Positions 9,250-18,604 of a stretch of 64,000 bases of DNA are shown one piece after another. The stretch spans positions 155,000 through 218,999 of the forward strand of contig CAWBZV010000010.1 of NCBI GenBank assembly GCA_963793305.1. The letters run 5' to 3'. A program made the translations under genes and the position numbers. The DNA comes from an uncultured Gemmatimonadales bacterium. Its GTDB lineage: Bacteria > Gemmatimonadota > Gemmatimonadetes > Gemmatimonadales > Gemmatimonadaceae. The notes under the pieces are model-generated. The model was not told where the DNA came from, made no database searches, and was given only the letters and a program-made list of their open reading frames with translations. Each line of letters opens with the position of its first letter. The stretch's first letter is position 1.

Positions 9250-10220
9250 AGTAGGCGGAGCATGTTGAGGCCGAGCACCTGAGCGATCTCGGCCGCGGAC
9301 CACCCGCGGTCGAGTAGGGCGCCAGCGATGCTCGGCATTGCCGCGACATCCTCCAGGCCGACCGGTACGGCAGAAATCCCGTCGAAATCGCTGCCGAGCC
9401 CTACGTGATCGATGCCGGCCACGTCAGCGATATGCTCGATGTGGTCGATCACCCGCGAGAGCGGAACTGGCTCCGGGTAACGGGCATCGAGGAACTTGGG
9501 GTAGAAGTTCACGTTGATCACGCCGCCTGACGCGGCGACCGCGCGCAGCTGATCATCCGTCAGGTTGCGGTCAACGTCGTTCAACGCCCGCGCGCTCGAG
9601 TGCGACGCGATCACGGGGCGGTCACTGACCGCGAGCACGTCGGTCAGCGTCTCGGGCGACACATGGGAGACATTGACGAGCATCCCGAGCCGGTTCATCG
9701 CTCGGATCACCTCCCGTCCAAATGCGGTCAGCCCGCCCGTGCGTGTGCCATCGACACCCTTGGATGATCCCGCCCAATCATTTCCGTTGATCCACGTGAG
9801 CGTGAGATATCGCGCACCGCGGTCCCGCAACGCGGTCAGCTTCTCCAGCGAATTCTCAATCGCGTGCCCGCCTTCGACGGCCGCGAACACGGCGATTTTG
9901 CGCGCCCGCTTCGCGGCGCGCACATTGTCCGCTGTCTCGGCAAATGTCAGGTGATCCGGATGCCTGGCGATGAATGCATGAATCACGTCCAACCCGGCCA
10001 TCGCTCGCGCGAACGAGCCATCTGGTGACTGCGCCGCGTACTTCGCGTCCACCCACGAGGCAAAGAATGTCGCCGTCAACCCGGACGCGATGAGACGGGG
10101 GACGTCAGTATGATGGCCATCGCCGACCGGGTGCGCGATATCGGGGTCATACCCTTCATCGAGCACCTTGGACGGCATGTCGTTGTGCATGTCAATCACG
10201 ATCATCTCGTCGTACGTCAT
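9246..10220 (-). CDS. Membrane dipeptidase (peptidase M19)
   Basis: DMHND, EGGH, SHSS.RAL, RNLTD, GLGSDFDG motifs. Confidence 0.92.
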   Translation of the reverse strand: MTYDEMIVIDMHNDMPSKVLDEGYDPDIAHPVGDGHHTDVPRLIASGLTATFFASWVDAKYAAQSPDGSFARAMAGLDVIHAFIARHPDHLTFAETADNVRAAKRARKIAVFAAVEGGHAIENSLEKLTALRDRGARYLTLTWINGNDWAGSSKGVDGTRTGGLTAFGREVIRAMNRLGMLVNVSHVSPETLTDVLAVSDRPVIASHSSARALNDVDRNLTDDQLRAVAASGGVINVNFYPKFLDARYPEPVPLSRVIDHIEHIADVAGIDHVGLGSDFDGISAVPVGLEDVAAMPSIAGALLDRGWSAAEIAQVLGLNMLRLL

Positions 10221-10780
10221 GTGGACACCCACTTGTTGTCGCGGACGTAGTACCGCTGCGGCCAATCAGCGGCCTTGGTGAGCCCGATACGCGCCGAGAT
10301 CACCACGTCGTCATCGCTCACGGGCTCGGCCGCGCGAACCATCAACGGTGGCCGGTTGAGAGGAAGGCCGCCGTGGCGCCCGTCGATGGCGAGCGCGACA
10401 CAGAGTTTGCCCGGTCCTCTCGTGAGATCCGCGCGGCCTCGACGCCGGCGCATCAGGTCGACACCGTCGAGCGGCTCGAGCGCGCGAATCAAGACCGCGC
10501 TGCCGTATCCGACCGGGCCCGTGACGCAGTTCATGCACCAGTACATCCCATAGATCAAGTACACGTACGATGTGCCTGGCGGGCCGTGCAGATCGCGCGT
10601 GCGAGTCGTGAGCCCGGCCGCCGCATGGCAGGCCGGGTCGTGGGGGCCGAGATAGGCTTCCGTCTCGACGATGCGCCCCGACGTACGGCCATGCGACAAC
10701 ACGGCCCCGAGCAATTCCCGGGCGACGATCCCCGTCTCTCGATCGTAGAACGCCGCCGTGAACGACTTACCCGCTTTCAG
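10217..10780 (-). CDS. mpg: DNA-3-methyladenine glycosylase (MPG/AAG family); probable CTG start
   Basis: FYDR....VARELLG, GRIVETEAY, YVYLIYGMY.C.N, VLIRALEP, GPGKL, RIG; conserved N-terminal part extends upstream of the TTG at 10714. Confidence 0.9.
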   Translation of the reverse strand: MKAGKSFTAAFYDRETGIVARELLGAVLSHGRTSGRIVETEAYLGPHDPACHAAAGLTTRTRDLHGPPGTSYVYLIYGMYWCMNCVTGPVGYGSAVLIRALEPLDGVDLMRRRRGRADLTRGPGKLCVALAIDGRHGGLPLNRPPLMVRAAEPVSDDDVVISARIGLTKAADWPQRYYVRDNKWVST

Positions 10781-12516
10781 GTCTCGCTGCTCCCGGGTGC
10801 GACTTTGCTCGCCGTCTTGCGAGGCCGCTTCCGCGCCGCGGTCGCGCGCGCCTTCGGTGCGTCGCTCTCGGCCGCTTTCGCCGGCGCCCGTTTCCGTGCG
10901 GTGCTGCTGCGACGTGGCTTCTCCGCCGCGACCGGCGGCTCCGCGACAGCGACCGCGGCAACGACCGGAACCTCGGGTATGTGAGGTGCGTGAACGACGG
11001 CCGGTGGGTGTACGTCGACGACCCCGATGCTCAAGAGCTCGGGCGGGGGTGCCGCAACTTTGCCGCGAACCCCCTGACGCGTGCGACCGCCGACACCGCG
11101 CGGGGCCATCCCGCGAGGCGCGTGCGTGGGCTTCGCCGTGGATGGTGATGCGGTAGTCGCGTGGCCCGCCTCATCGTGGCGCGTGGCCGCGGCAGCGAGG
11201 TTGAGCTGCTCGGACACTGGAGCGGCGGTCACCGCTGGTGCGACCTCGAAGTCGTCGCCGCGACGGCGAAGATCGATCACGTCGGCATCGTGCGCGTCGC
11301 GGAGAATGCGGGCGAAATTGTCCTGGCTCAAGCTCGCGCTGTCACGGCCGAGGATCTCGCGAGCCTTGGTCCGCACGGCCGAGGCGCGCGCGGGACGCTC
11401 ATCAGTCGCGAGCGCACCTACTGCTTCGCGCACGAGACGGAATGCTTCATCCCGCGTCAGACGCTCGCCGCTCGTGCCAATGCCATCATCAACAACGGCT
11501 GGCTGGGCCACAACAACAGCAACGGGAACCGGGCGCTCGGCGGCGCGGTCGCCCCGATCAGGACGATCAGCACGATCCCGCCCGCGGCCTCCACGACGAC
11601 CACGGCGGCCGGCGCGCTCTTCGGAGCTGCGCTCCTCGCTCACTGGCGTTGAAGGCGCCTCGACCACGGTGGCAGGCAGTGCAACCGGAGCCTCGGCCGT
11701 CTTCGGCTTGGGCGGGCCGACTTCGAGCTGGCCGGTGTCGAGCTTCGTCACCGACAACAAGCCACGGCCGGCCGCCTCGGTCACGAAGCGCGAGAACTTC
11801 GACATGCCGAGGTTCTTCTCATCGAACGTCGAGTCGATGTCCTGCATGACTTGCTTGAGGCGATCGGCGCGCATGACGTTGCCGTTCCGCTGCATCCGTT
11901 GGATCGCCTCGCTCACGAGCTCCCACGGATCGCGACGCCCGGCGGTGTCCTCGCTCTCGGTTCGGACGAGACCGGCCAGCGCGTTGTACGAGTAGTACTC
12001 GTCACAGTTCATGACGAGGAGATCGCTCGACGACTCGCGAATGCCGACGCCGATGACGTACTTCCCGTACTCTTTCAGCTTGATGACGAGCGTCGAAAAA
12101 TCCGAATCGCCCGAGAGCAGGATATAGGTCCCGATTTCTGGACGCGTGAAGACCAACTCGAGCGCGTCGATCGCGAGACGGATATCCGTCGCGTTCTTTT
12201 TCGAGGAGCCGTAGGCCGGCGCCATGATCATGTCGATCGATGACTCGGCTAACGGCGCGACGTATTGGGGATAGCGGCGCCAATCGGCGTAGGCGCGGCG
12301 AAGCTGGACCTTCCCCTTGATAATGTCAGACGCCAGCAGGTTTCTGAGCTCCGATTGCAAGTCGGAGCGAATCCCCATCGTCACGTTGTCGAAATCGATC
12401 AGGAGCGCCGCGTTCGGGGAGTACGTCACCGGAGTCGCGAGGGCCACGTGCGGGGCAACGGGGATGGCTGGCTTAGAACTGGATGGGGTATGGCGTGATG
12501 GTTGGCGGGAATTCAT
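10777..12516 (-). CDS. NYN (LabA/DUF88 PIN-like) domain protein with OST-HTH/LOTUS-like domains and basic tail
   Basis: IDFDN, AYADW, KNATDIRLAIDA, LSGDSDF; FDEKNLGMSKFSRF LOTUS-like motif; K/R/A-rich C-terminus. Confidence 0.9.
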   Translation of the reverse strand: MNSRQPSRHTPSSSKPAIPVAPHVALATPVTYSPNAALLIDFDNVTMGIRSDLQSELRNLLASDIIKGKVQLRRAYADWRRYPQYVAPLAESSIDMIMAPAYGSSKKNATDIRLAIDALELVFTRPEIGTYILLSGDSDFSTLVIKLKEYGKYVIGVGIRESSSDLLVMNCDEYYSYNALAGLVRTESEDTAGRRDPWELVSEAIQRMQRNGNVMRADRLKQVMQDIDSTFDEKNLGMSKFSRFVTEAAGRGLLSVTKLDTGQLEVGPPKPKTAEAPVALPATVVEAPSTPVSEERSSEERAGRRGRRGGRGRDRADRPDRGDRAAERPVPVAVVVAQPAVVDDGIGTSGERLTRDEAFRLVREAVGALATDERPARASAVRTKAREILGRDSASLSQDNFARILRDAHDADVIDLRRRGDDFEVAPAVTAAPVSEQLNLAAAATRHDEAGHATTASPSTAKPTHAPRGMAPRGVGGRTRQGVRGKVAAPPPELLSIGVVDVHPPAVVHAPHIPEVPVVAAVAVAEPPVAAEKPRRSSTARKRAPAKAAESDAPKARATAARKRPRKTASKVAPGSSET

Positions 12517-12529
12517 GAACTGGAAGGGT

Positions 12530-12594
12530 ATCGAACAACGTCAGCGGAGCGGTGCCGCTCTCGCCGAACACACCTCGCACAGGCGTCGTTCGAC
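12530..12594 (-). ncRNA. Candidate cis-regulatory RNA (three-way junction) in NYN gene leader
   Basis: 11-bp outer stem GUCGAACGACG/CGUUGUUCGAU plus inner hairpins; G-U pairs work only on the sense strand. Confidence 0.4.
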
Positions 12595-12624
12595 GGGATG
12601 CCGGCTAACCGTAATATCTGCAAC

Positions 12625-13047
12625 CTACTCGCCCATGGCCTTAATAACCACCCTCTTCCGGCGCTGGCCGTCCCATTCGCCGTAGAAGACCCGCTGCCAG
12701 GGGCCAAAATCCAGCGCCCCATTCGTGACGGGAACGATGACCTCATGACCCACCGTTAACGACCGCAGATGCGCGGCCGCATTGTCCTCGCCGGTCCCCC
12801 GATTGTGCCGATACTCGTCGGGTGACCAAGGGGCAACTCGTTGCTCCAACCAGTCCAGGATATCACGCCACAACCCGGGTTCATGATCGTTCACGAACAC
12901 CGACGCGGAGATATGCATCGCCGACACGAGCACCATACCCTCGGTGATACCGGCTGCCGCCCGACAGGCCTCGACCTGGTCCGTGATATCGATGATCTCC
13001 TGGCGTTTGGCTGTATCGAATGTCAGATATACAGTATGCGTTTTCAT
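12625..13047 (-). CDS. yjbQ: YjbQ family (UPF0047) protein
   Basis: DITDQV, MHISASVFVND.E, YRHN..GEDNAAAH, LDFGPWQ..FYGEWDG.R. Confidence 0.92.
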   Translation of the reverse strand: MKTHTVYLTFDTAKRQEIIDITDQVEACRAAAGITEGMVLVSAMHISASVFVNDHEPGLWRDILDWLEQRVAPWSPDEYRHNRGTGEDNAAAHLRSLTVGHEVIVPVTNGALDFGPWQRVFYGEWDGQRRKRVVIKAMGE

Positions 13048-13063
13048 ATAGTTGGGTAATCTC

Positions 13064-14260
13064 ATGACCCGACTCGGCTTCCGCACGCGGCTCTTCGTTA
13101 TTCTATCGCTGTTCGCGATCGTTCCGTCGGCCGTTCTGACCGTCTTATGGGGCGGCGCCCTGAGCACCGCGTTGCCATTATTGAGCGGCAGTGCTCCATG
13201 GAATCGCGTCGCCGCCACCGGCGAGCATGCCTTGGCGATGGTCAAAAATGCCCCGCTTACGCCTGAGCAGCGCGCGGCATTGGCGGCGCATGAACAAGAG
13301 CTGGCGGTCTCGGTGACCGAGGCACGCCGATACGAGTTCATCGCTGGTCGAGCCGCGGAAGCCGTCGCCGGCGTCAGCCTCATCGCGCTGCTCATCCTGG
13401 CGCTCGTCGCCTCGCGTGTAGCCGGGCACCTGAGCCGGCAGCTGAGCCGGCCGCTCGACGAGCTCGTTGGCTGGACCGATCGCATCGCGCGCGCGCTCCC
13501 GTTGCCCGATGCGCTGCCATTGCGGGGCGCGCCGGAATTCGCCGTGCTCCGGGAGCGCATGCGCAGTATGGCCGCGGATCTCGCGACCGGTCGCGCGCGC
13601 GCATTGGAGGCCGAGCGCTTGCGGGCCTTTCGTGAGACGGCCCGGCAAGTGGCGCACGAGCTCAAGAATCCGTTGACGCCCATCAGGCTCGCCGTGATGC
13701 GGCTACAGCGCGAGGCGCCGCCATCGCTCGCCGAGACGGTCGATGTGCTGGGCGTCGAGTCGGCGCGATTGGAGTCCATGGCGCGGAGCTTTGCGCAATT
13801 CGGACGGTTACCTGAAGGACCGGCGGCTGACGTCGACATTGCCGAGATGGTACGGTACGTGGCGCGCAGCACGGTCCCGGAAGAGGTGCCGCTGACCCTG
13901 GAGATCGATGACGGCCTGCCACTCGTGGCAGGGCACCACGACGCCCTCGCGCGAGCGCTGTCCAACGTGCTGCTCAATGCCGTCGACGCTTGCGGACCGA
14001 CGCACGGCGCCATTACGGTGACCGCGGAACGAGCCAATGGCGTGGTCGAGATCTGCGTGCGCGACACGGGCGTCGGTATCCCCGCCGATCGCCTGCCCCG
14101 CATCTGGGAACCATACGAAACGCACAAGCCCGGCGGCACCGGGCTCGGGCTCGCGATCGCGCGCCAGACGGTGATCGCCCACCAGGGCACGATCGACGCA
14201 CAGAGCACCCCGGGCCAAGGAACCGAAATCCGGCTGACACTGCCGTGCCGACCGTCCTGA
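13064..14260 (+). CDS. Sensor histidine kinase (NtrY-like, HAMP)
   Basis: Two TM segments, AHELKNPLTPI H-box, N-box NAVDA, DTGVGI, GTGLGL. Confidence 0.92.
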   Translation: MTRLGFRTRLFVILSLFAIVPSAVLTVLWGGALSTALPLLSGSAPWNRVAATGEHALAMVKNAPLTPEQRAALAAHEQELAVSVTEARRYEFIAGRAAEAVAGVSLIALLILALVASRVAGHLSRQLSRPLDELVGWTDRIARALPLPDALPLRGAPEFAVLRERMRSMAADLATGRARALEAERLRAFRETARQVAHELKNPLTPIRLAVMRLQREAPPSLAETVDVLGVESARLESMARSFAQFGRLPEGPAADVDIAEMVRYVARSTVPEEVPLTLEIDDGLPLVAGHHDALARALSNVLLNAVDACGPTHGAITVTAERANGVVEICVRDTGVGIPADRLPRIWEPYETHKPGGTGLGLAIARQTVIAHQGTIDAQSTPGQGTEIRLTLPCRPS

Positions 14261-15606
14261 TCGCGGACGACGAGGCGAACATCCGACGGATGGTCGGCGC
14301 CCTGCTGGCCGCCGAAGGTCATGATCTCCGCGAGGCGCCGGATGGCGCGGCGGCGATCGCGGCGGTCGCCGCGGGAGAGCCCGACGTCGTCCTCTTGGAT
14401 CTCATGATGCCCGGGGCGGTCGATGGCCTCGCGGCGCTCGAGCGCATTCGCGCGATCGACGCCGAGCTCCCGGTCATCATGATGAGCGGCCGGGCCGGCC
14501 TGGCCGACGCCGTTCGCGCGACCAAACTCGGCGCGGTCAATTTTCTGGAAAAGCCATTGTCGCCCGAGGGGATTGTCCTCGCCGTCGCCTCGGCGATCGA
14601 GCTCCGTCACGCGCGGCGCGCGGCGCGTGCGCTGCGTGAAGAGCTTGGGCTGAGAGCACAGCTCGTCGGCACGAGCCAGCCGATGCAGCGCGTCCGCGAA
14701 CTGATCCAGCGCATCGCGCCGAGTGATGCCCGGGTGCTCATCACGGGCGAGTCGGGCACGGGGAAAGAGCTGGTGGCCGTGGCCATCCACCAGGCCAGCC
14801 CGCGGCGCGATCGCCCCTTTGTGCGAGTCAACTGCGCCGCGATCCCCCGCGATCTGGTCGAGAGCGAGATGTTCGGCCACGAGCGCGGCGCGTTCACCGG
14901 CGCGACCGAGCGGCGGATCGGGCGGTTCGAGCTTGCGCACACCGGGACGTTGCTCCTCGACGAAGTCGGCGACCTGGGAAGCGAGGCACAGGCCAAGCTC
15001 CTCCGTGCCATCGAAACGCGCGAGATCGAGCGCGTCGGCGGGGCCAAGCCGATCAAGACGGACGTCCGTATCCTGGCGGCGACGAACAAAGACCTCGCTC
15101 GCGCGGTCACCGAGGGAACGTTCCGCGAGGATCTGCTGTTTCGGTTGAACGTGATTCCGCTCGTCGTCCCGCCGCTCCGTGAGCATCCGGACGACATCCC
15201 GGCGCTCGTCGAGCACTTCGCCCGCAAGCGCTCGACGTGGAGCCCGGACGCGCTCGCGAGCCTCGAACGGTATGCGTGGCCCGGGAACGTACGGGAGCTG
15301 GCCAATATCGTCGAGCGACTGGCCATCCTGCACCCGGGCGAAGGCGTAACCGCGCCCCACGTGCGCGATGTCCTGAGAGTCGCGCTCCCCTCGGCCTCGG
15401 TGGCCATCGTCACCGACGGCGAGCTCCCGGCGACCCAGCTGGACTTCTCGCTCGCCGATACGCTCGATGCCTACGAACGGCTCCTCATTCACCGCGCGCT
15501 GACCGCGGCCGAGGGCAACGTGACGGCCGCCGCGCGACGGTTACAGACCGATCGCCCGAATCTCTATCGCCGCATGCGGCGGCTCGGCATTCGCGACCCG
15601 GAATGA
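14245..15606 (+). CDS. Sigma54-dependent response regulator (NtrC/NtrX family)
   Basis: REC (IADDE, LLDLMMP), GESGTGKE, GAFTGA, C-terminal Fis HTH; GTG start. Confidence 0.95.
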   Translation: MPTVLIADDEANIRRMVGALLAAEGHDLREAPDGAAAIAAVAAGEPDVVLLDLMMPGAVDGLAALERIRAIDAELPVIMMSGRAGLADAVRATKLGAVNFLEKPLSPEGIVLAVASAIELRHARRAARALREELGLRAQLVGTSQPMQRVRELIQRIAPSDARVLITGESGTGKELVAVAIHQASPRRDRPFVRVNCAAIPRDLVESEMFGHERGAFTGATERRIGRFELAHTGTLLLDEVGDLGSEAQAKLLRAIETREIERVGGAKPIKTDVRILAATNKDLARAVTEGTFREDLLFRLNVIPLVVPPLREHPDDIPALVEHFARKRSTWSPDALASLERYAWPGNVRELANIVERLAILHPGEGVTAPHVRDVLRVALPSASVAIVTDGELPATQLDFSLADTLDAYERLLIHRALTAAEGNVTAAARRLQTDRPNLYRRMRRLGIRDPE

Positions 15607-17303
15607 GAGCGCGTTGGCTTTTTGCCCTTGCTTGGGCCACGTCCCTCGGCGCCCAAGACTCGACCGGTCTGCCACGCGAGGTGATTGACGAAGCCGTGGC
15701 GCGATATAACGCGGCTGGCACCCTGCGAGCGGTCGGCCGGCTCGATGTCGCCAAGGACCAGGACATCAAGGGCGACGTCGCCGTCATCGATGGGCCCGTG
15801 TCGGTCGCGGGCCATATCGGTGGCCGGCTCACGGTCATCAATGCCGACCTGGAGTTGATCGCCGGCGCCACTATCGATAGTGGCATTCTGGTCGTGGGCG
15901 GCGCCATGAACGCACCCGGGGGTGATAGTGTGCACGTCGGCGGCGCCGTGGTCGTGCTGCCGCAGAAGATGCGCTATCGGCTGGCCAACGGGCGCATCGT
16001 GACGGGGGTGGACGCGGACCCGCTGGCGAATTGGTGGGCGCGCTGGCTCCACCGGCGCGATCGCCCGAACTACACCGACATCACGCTGACCTCGGCCCAC
16101 ACCTACAATCGCGTGGAGGGCCTCCCGATCTTCGTGGGCCCATCGATCCGACGCGAGCTCCCCTGGACCAACGGGAGCTTGTCGGTCGACGCGCTCGGCA
16201 TCGTGCGCACCGAGAACTTCGCCAACTGGAACAGGCAGACGTTCGGGTACCGGTTCGGGGCGGACGTGAAGGGAGGCGACGACCCACGACTCACGCTCGC
16301 GCTGCGCGCCTATGATGAGGTCTCGCCGGTCGAGAATTGGCAGTTGGGCGACGGCGAAGTCGGCCTTGCCTCGTTCTTCTTCCGCCGCGACTACCGGGAC
16401 TACTTCGAGCGGCAGGGCGGCTCGGGCGCGATGTCGCTCGTCAACGGGGCGCGCACGAGCCTCACGCTGTCGCTCGCCGACGAGCATTGGTACCCGCGGT
16501 CCGAGCGGAATCCGTTCGCGTTAATTCCGACCGACAACGGATGGCGGCCGAATCCGACGCTCGATGACGGCGATTTTCGTATCGTCGGACTCAACGCCCG
16601 CATCGACACGAGAAACAGCGAGACCGACATCTGGTCGGGGTGGTACATCATTGCCAACCTCGAGTACGGGATTGGGCACGTGTCGAACTTCGGGCCGCGG
16701 AGTGCGCTCGAGTTCGCGTTGACGCCGACCACGCCGCCGCCGGGAGACGTCAATTACACGCGATTGTTCCTGGATCTCAGGCGATACAACCGGCTGGCGC
16801 CGAATGCGCAGTTCAACGTGCGCGCGGTCATCGGCGGCTGGCTGAGCGGCGATCCGCTGCCGCTCGAGCGCCGGTTGTCGGTCGGTGGGCCGGGCACGAT
16901 CCCCGGATTCGATTTCCGCAGCGCGGGTGATAATGCGCCCGACGTGGCGAGTTGCTCGGCGCTCACCGCCGCGCCGGACGGCCGGCCGGCCGAGTGCGAG
17001 CGCATCGTGCTGGGACAGGCCGAGTATCGGACCGCGTTCCACTTTGGACTGCGGCTGTTCGGGCACCGCATCGAGAACGACGGTGCGTGGGTCATCTTCT
17101 CCGACGCCGGGCGGGGTTGGCTCGTGGGCCCGAGGCTCGGTCCGCTGCAGTATCCGGCCAGTACGTTCCCGAATCTGCGCACGTTCATGACCGACGTGGG
17201 ACTCGGGGGCATGATCGACCCCGTCGGCATTTACGTCGCCAAAGCCCTGTCTCGTCCCGAGGAGCGGCCGCATTTCGTCATCCGCGTCCGCCGTACGTTC
17301 TGA
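15603..17303 (+). CDS. Outer-membrane protein: N-terminal beta-helix-like repeats plus BamA/TamA-like barrel
   Basis: Signal peptide; GDVAVIDG.V.V.G.I.G.LTVIN repeats; YNRVEG, SVGGPGTIPGF, C-terminal Phe. Confidence 0.7.
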   Translation: MRARWLFALAWATSLGAQDSTGLPREVIDEAVARYNAAGTLRAVGRLDVAKDQDIKGDVAVIDGPVSVAGHIGGRLTVINADLELIAGATIDSGILVVGGAMNAPGGDSVHVGGAVVVLPQKMRYRLANGRIVTGVDADPLANWWARWLHRRDRPNYTDITLTSAHTYNRVEGLPIFVGPSIRRELPWTNGSLSVDALGIVRTENFANWNRQTFGYRFGADVKGGDDPRLTLALRAYDEVSPVENWQLGDGEVGLASFFFRRDYRDYFERQGGSGAMSLVNGARTSLTLSLADEHWYPRSERNPFALIPTDNGWRPNPTLDDGDFRIVGLNARIDTRNSETDIWSGWYIIANLEYGIGHVSNFGPRSALEFALTPTTPPPGDVNYTRLFLDLRRYNRLAPNAQFNVRAVIGGWLSGDPLPLERRLSVGGPGTIPGFDFRSAGDNAPDVASCSALTAAPDGRPAECERIVLGQAEYRTAFHFGLRLFGHRIENDGAWVIFSDAGRGWLVGPRLGPLQYPASTFPNLRTFMTDVGLGGMIDPVGIYVAKALSRPEERPHFVIRVRRTF

Positions 17304-17965
17304 TCTCGCGGCGGCTCGTCACCCTCATCGCGCTCGGCGCGCTGTGGGCCGGCGGACTCGGCGCGCAGAGCAACCCGCGCGTCGAGATCGGCGTCCCGCA
17401 GGCGACTCCGCCTGATCCCCCCGGCGGGCCACAGGTCCGTGGCATTGACGTGCTCGCCAATGGGACCATTCGGGACCTCATGCGCAGTGGGTTTCCCGCC
17501 AGGCTCCACTATCACGTCGAGTTGTGGACCGCCAGCGGGGTCTTCAACAACGTCGAGAGTGAGCGCGACTGGGACGTCATCGCGCGCTACGACCCGCTCA
17601 CCAAGCACTTTCGCGCCGCGCGCATAGATCCCGAGAACACGCCGGAGCGCGTCCAGCTCCTCGGCGATTTCGACCGCGCCGCGGCACTCGATTCGACGCT
17701 GGCCGAGCCGTACGTCGTTCCGCTCATCCCGCACGAGTCCGGACGCCGGTACTACTACGTCGTCACGCTCGACGTCAACGTCGTCTCCCTGTCCGACCTC
17801 GACGAGGTCGAGCGCTGGCTGCGCGGCGAGCTACGCCCCGCCGTCCGGGGCCAACGCAACCCCGGCGGCGTCGTCGGCCGCGGCATTCGCACGCTCTTCT
17901 TGCGGATTATCGGTGCGGAGAAACGGCACTACGTCTCGCGCACCAAAATCTTCCGATCCGGCTAG
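17300..17965 (+). CDS. Exported hypothetical protein (DUF4390-like); probable CTG start
   Basis: Signal-peptide-like N-terminus begins at CTG overlapping the upstream TGA; SGFPARLHY.VELW, RYDPLT. Confidence 0.6.
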   Translation: MISRRLVTLIALGALWAGGLGAQSNPRVEIGVPQATPPDPPGGPQVRGIDVLANGTIRDLMRSGFPARLHYHVELWTASGVFNNVESERDWDVIARYDPLTKHFRAARIDPENTPERVQLLGDFDRAAALDSTLAEPYVVPLIPHESGRRYYYVVTLDVNVVSLSDLDEVERWLRGELRPAVRGQRNPGGVVGRGIRTLFLRIIGAEKRHYVSRTKIFRSG

Positions 17966-18546
17966 TGGACCTGGTGCTGATGCCGGTGCTCGAGCTCTTC
18001 GAGGTGGTGCAGCGTCTCGGCGCCGTAGAAGAGCTTGATGTACTTCGCCTGAGTCGGAGTCAACCGACGAACCGCCCAACTCAAGTGGACGAAGTGCGGC
18101 TCGACCGGGAGGGCAATCGGGTGCATCCCGATTTCCTCAGGCAGCCGGTTGGCCTTGCGGGTGTTGCAGGGCCCGCACGCCGTGACGACGTTCGTCCAAT
18201 CGTTCGTGCCACCGCGAGACAGCGGGATGAGGTGGTCGCGCGTCAATGCCTCGCGAGGCTTGAGCTCGACCGCGGTGCGCCCGCAATACTGGCAGCGGTA
18301 GCGATCGCGCGCGAACAGGAAGGTGTTCGTCACCTGGCGCCGGAAGCGGCGGGGCACGTGGATGAACTTCGTGAGGCGGATGACAATCGGGCGTGGCAAA
18401 GCCATGCGCTCCGAGCGCACGACGCGCTCGAGGTCCGCCTCGACGATCTCGGCCTTCCCGTCGATGACGAGTCGGAGCGCACGTCGCATCGGAACCATGG
18501 TCAATGGTTCGAACGATGCATTCAGGGCAAGACACCCGACGATCAC
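17962..18546 (-). CDS. HNH endonuclease (McrA-like)
   Basis: LNASFEPL, LFARD..RCQYCG, DHLIP.SRGG...W.N.VTAC..CN..K. Confidence 0.92.
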   Translation of the reverse strand: MIVGCLALNASFEPLTMVPMRRALRLVIDGKAEIVEADLERVVRSERMALPRPIVIRLTKFIHVPRRFRRQVTNTFLFARDRYRCQYCGRTAVELKPREALTRDHLIPLSRGGTNDWTNVVTACGPCNTRKANRLPEEIGMHPIALPVEPHFVHLSWAVRRLTPTQAKYIKLFYGAETLHHLEELEHRHQHQVH

Positions 18547-18571
18547 TTCCCTCCTCCCTCCTTCCTCCTAC

Positions 18572-18604
18572 AAAAAACTCCCGTCACTCAGGAAGCGACG
18601 GGAG
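18572..18604 (-). terminator. Rho-independent terminator after ilvE
   Basis: Minus strand CTCCCGTCGCT-TCCTG-AGTGACGGGAG-TTTTTT spanning the ilvE stop. Confidence 0.8.

Noticed and set aside
12625..15492. 955-aa minus-strand ORF, and other long ORFs such as 4246-5937, 30849-32288, 42757-44229 and 61340-63259
   Set aside because: They are antisense shadows of well-supported genes in high-GC DNA; only the last 140 codons of the first (yjbQ) are real
17962..18546. HNH as part of a restriction system or mobile element
   Set aside because: No DNA methyltransferase, integrase, terminal repeats or evident compositional shift
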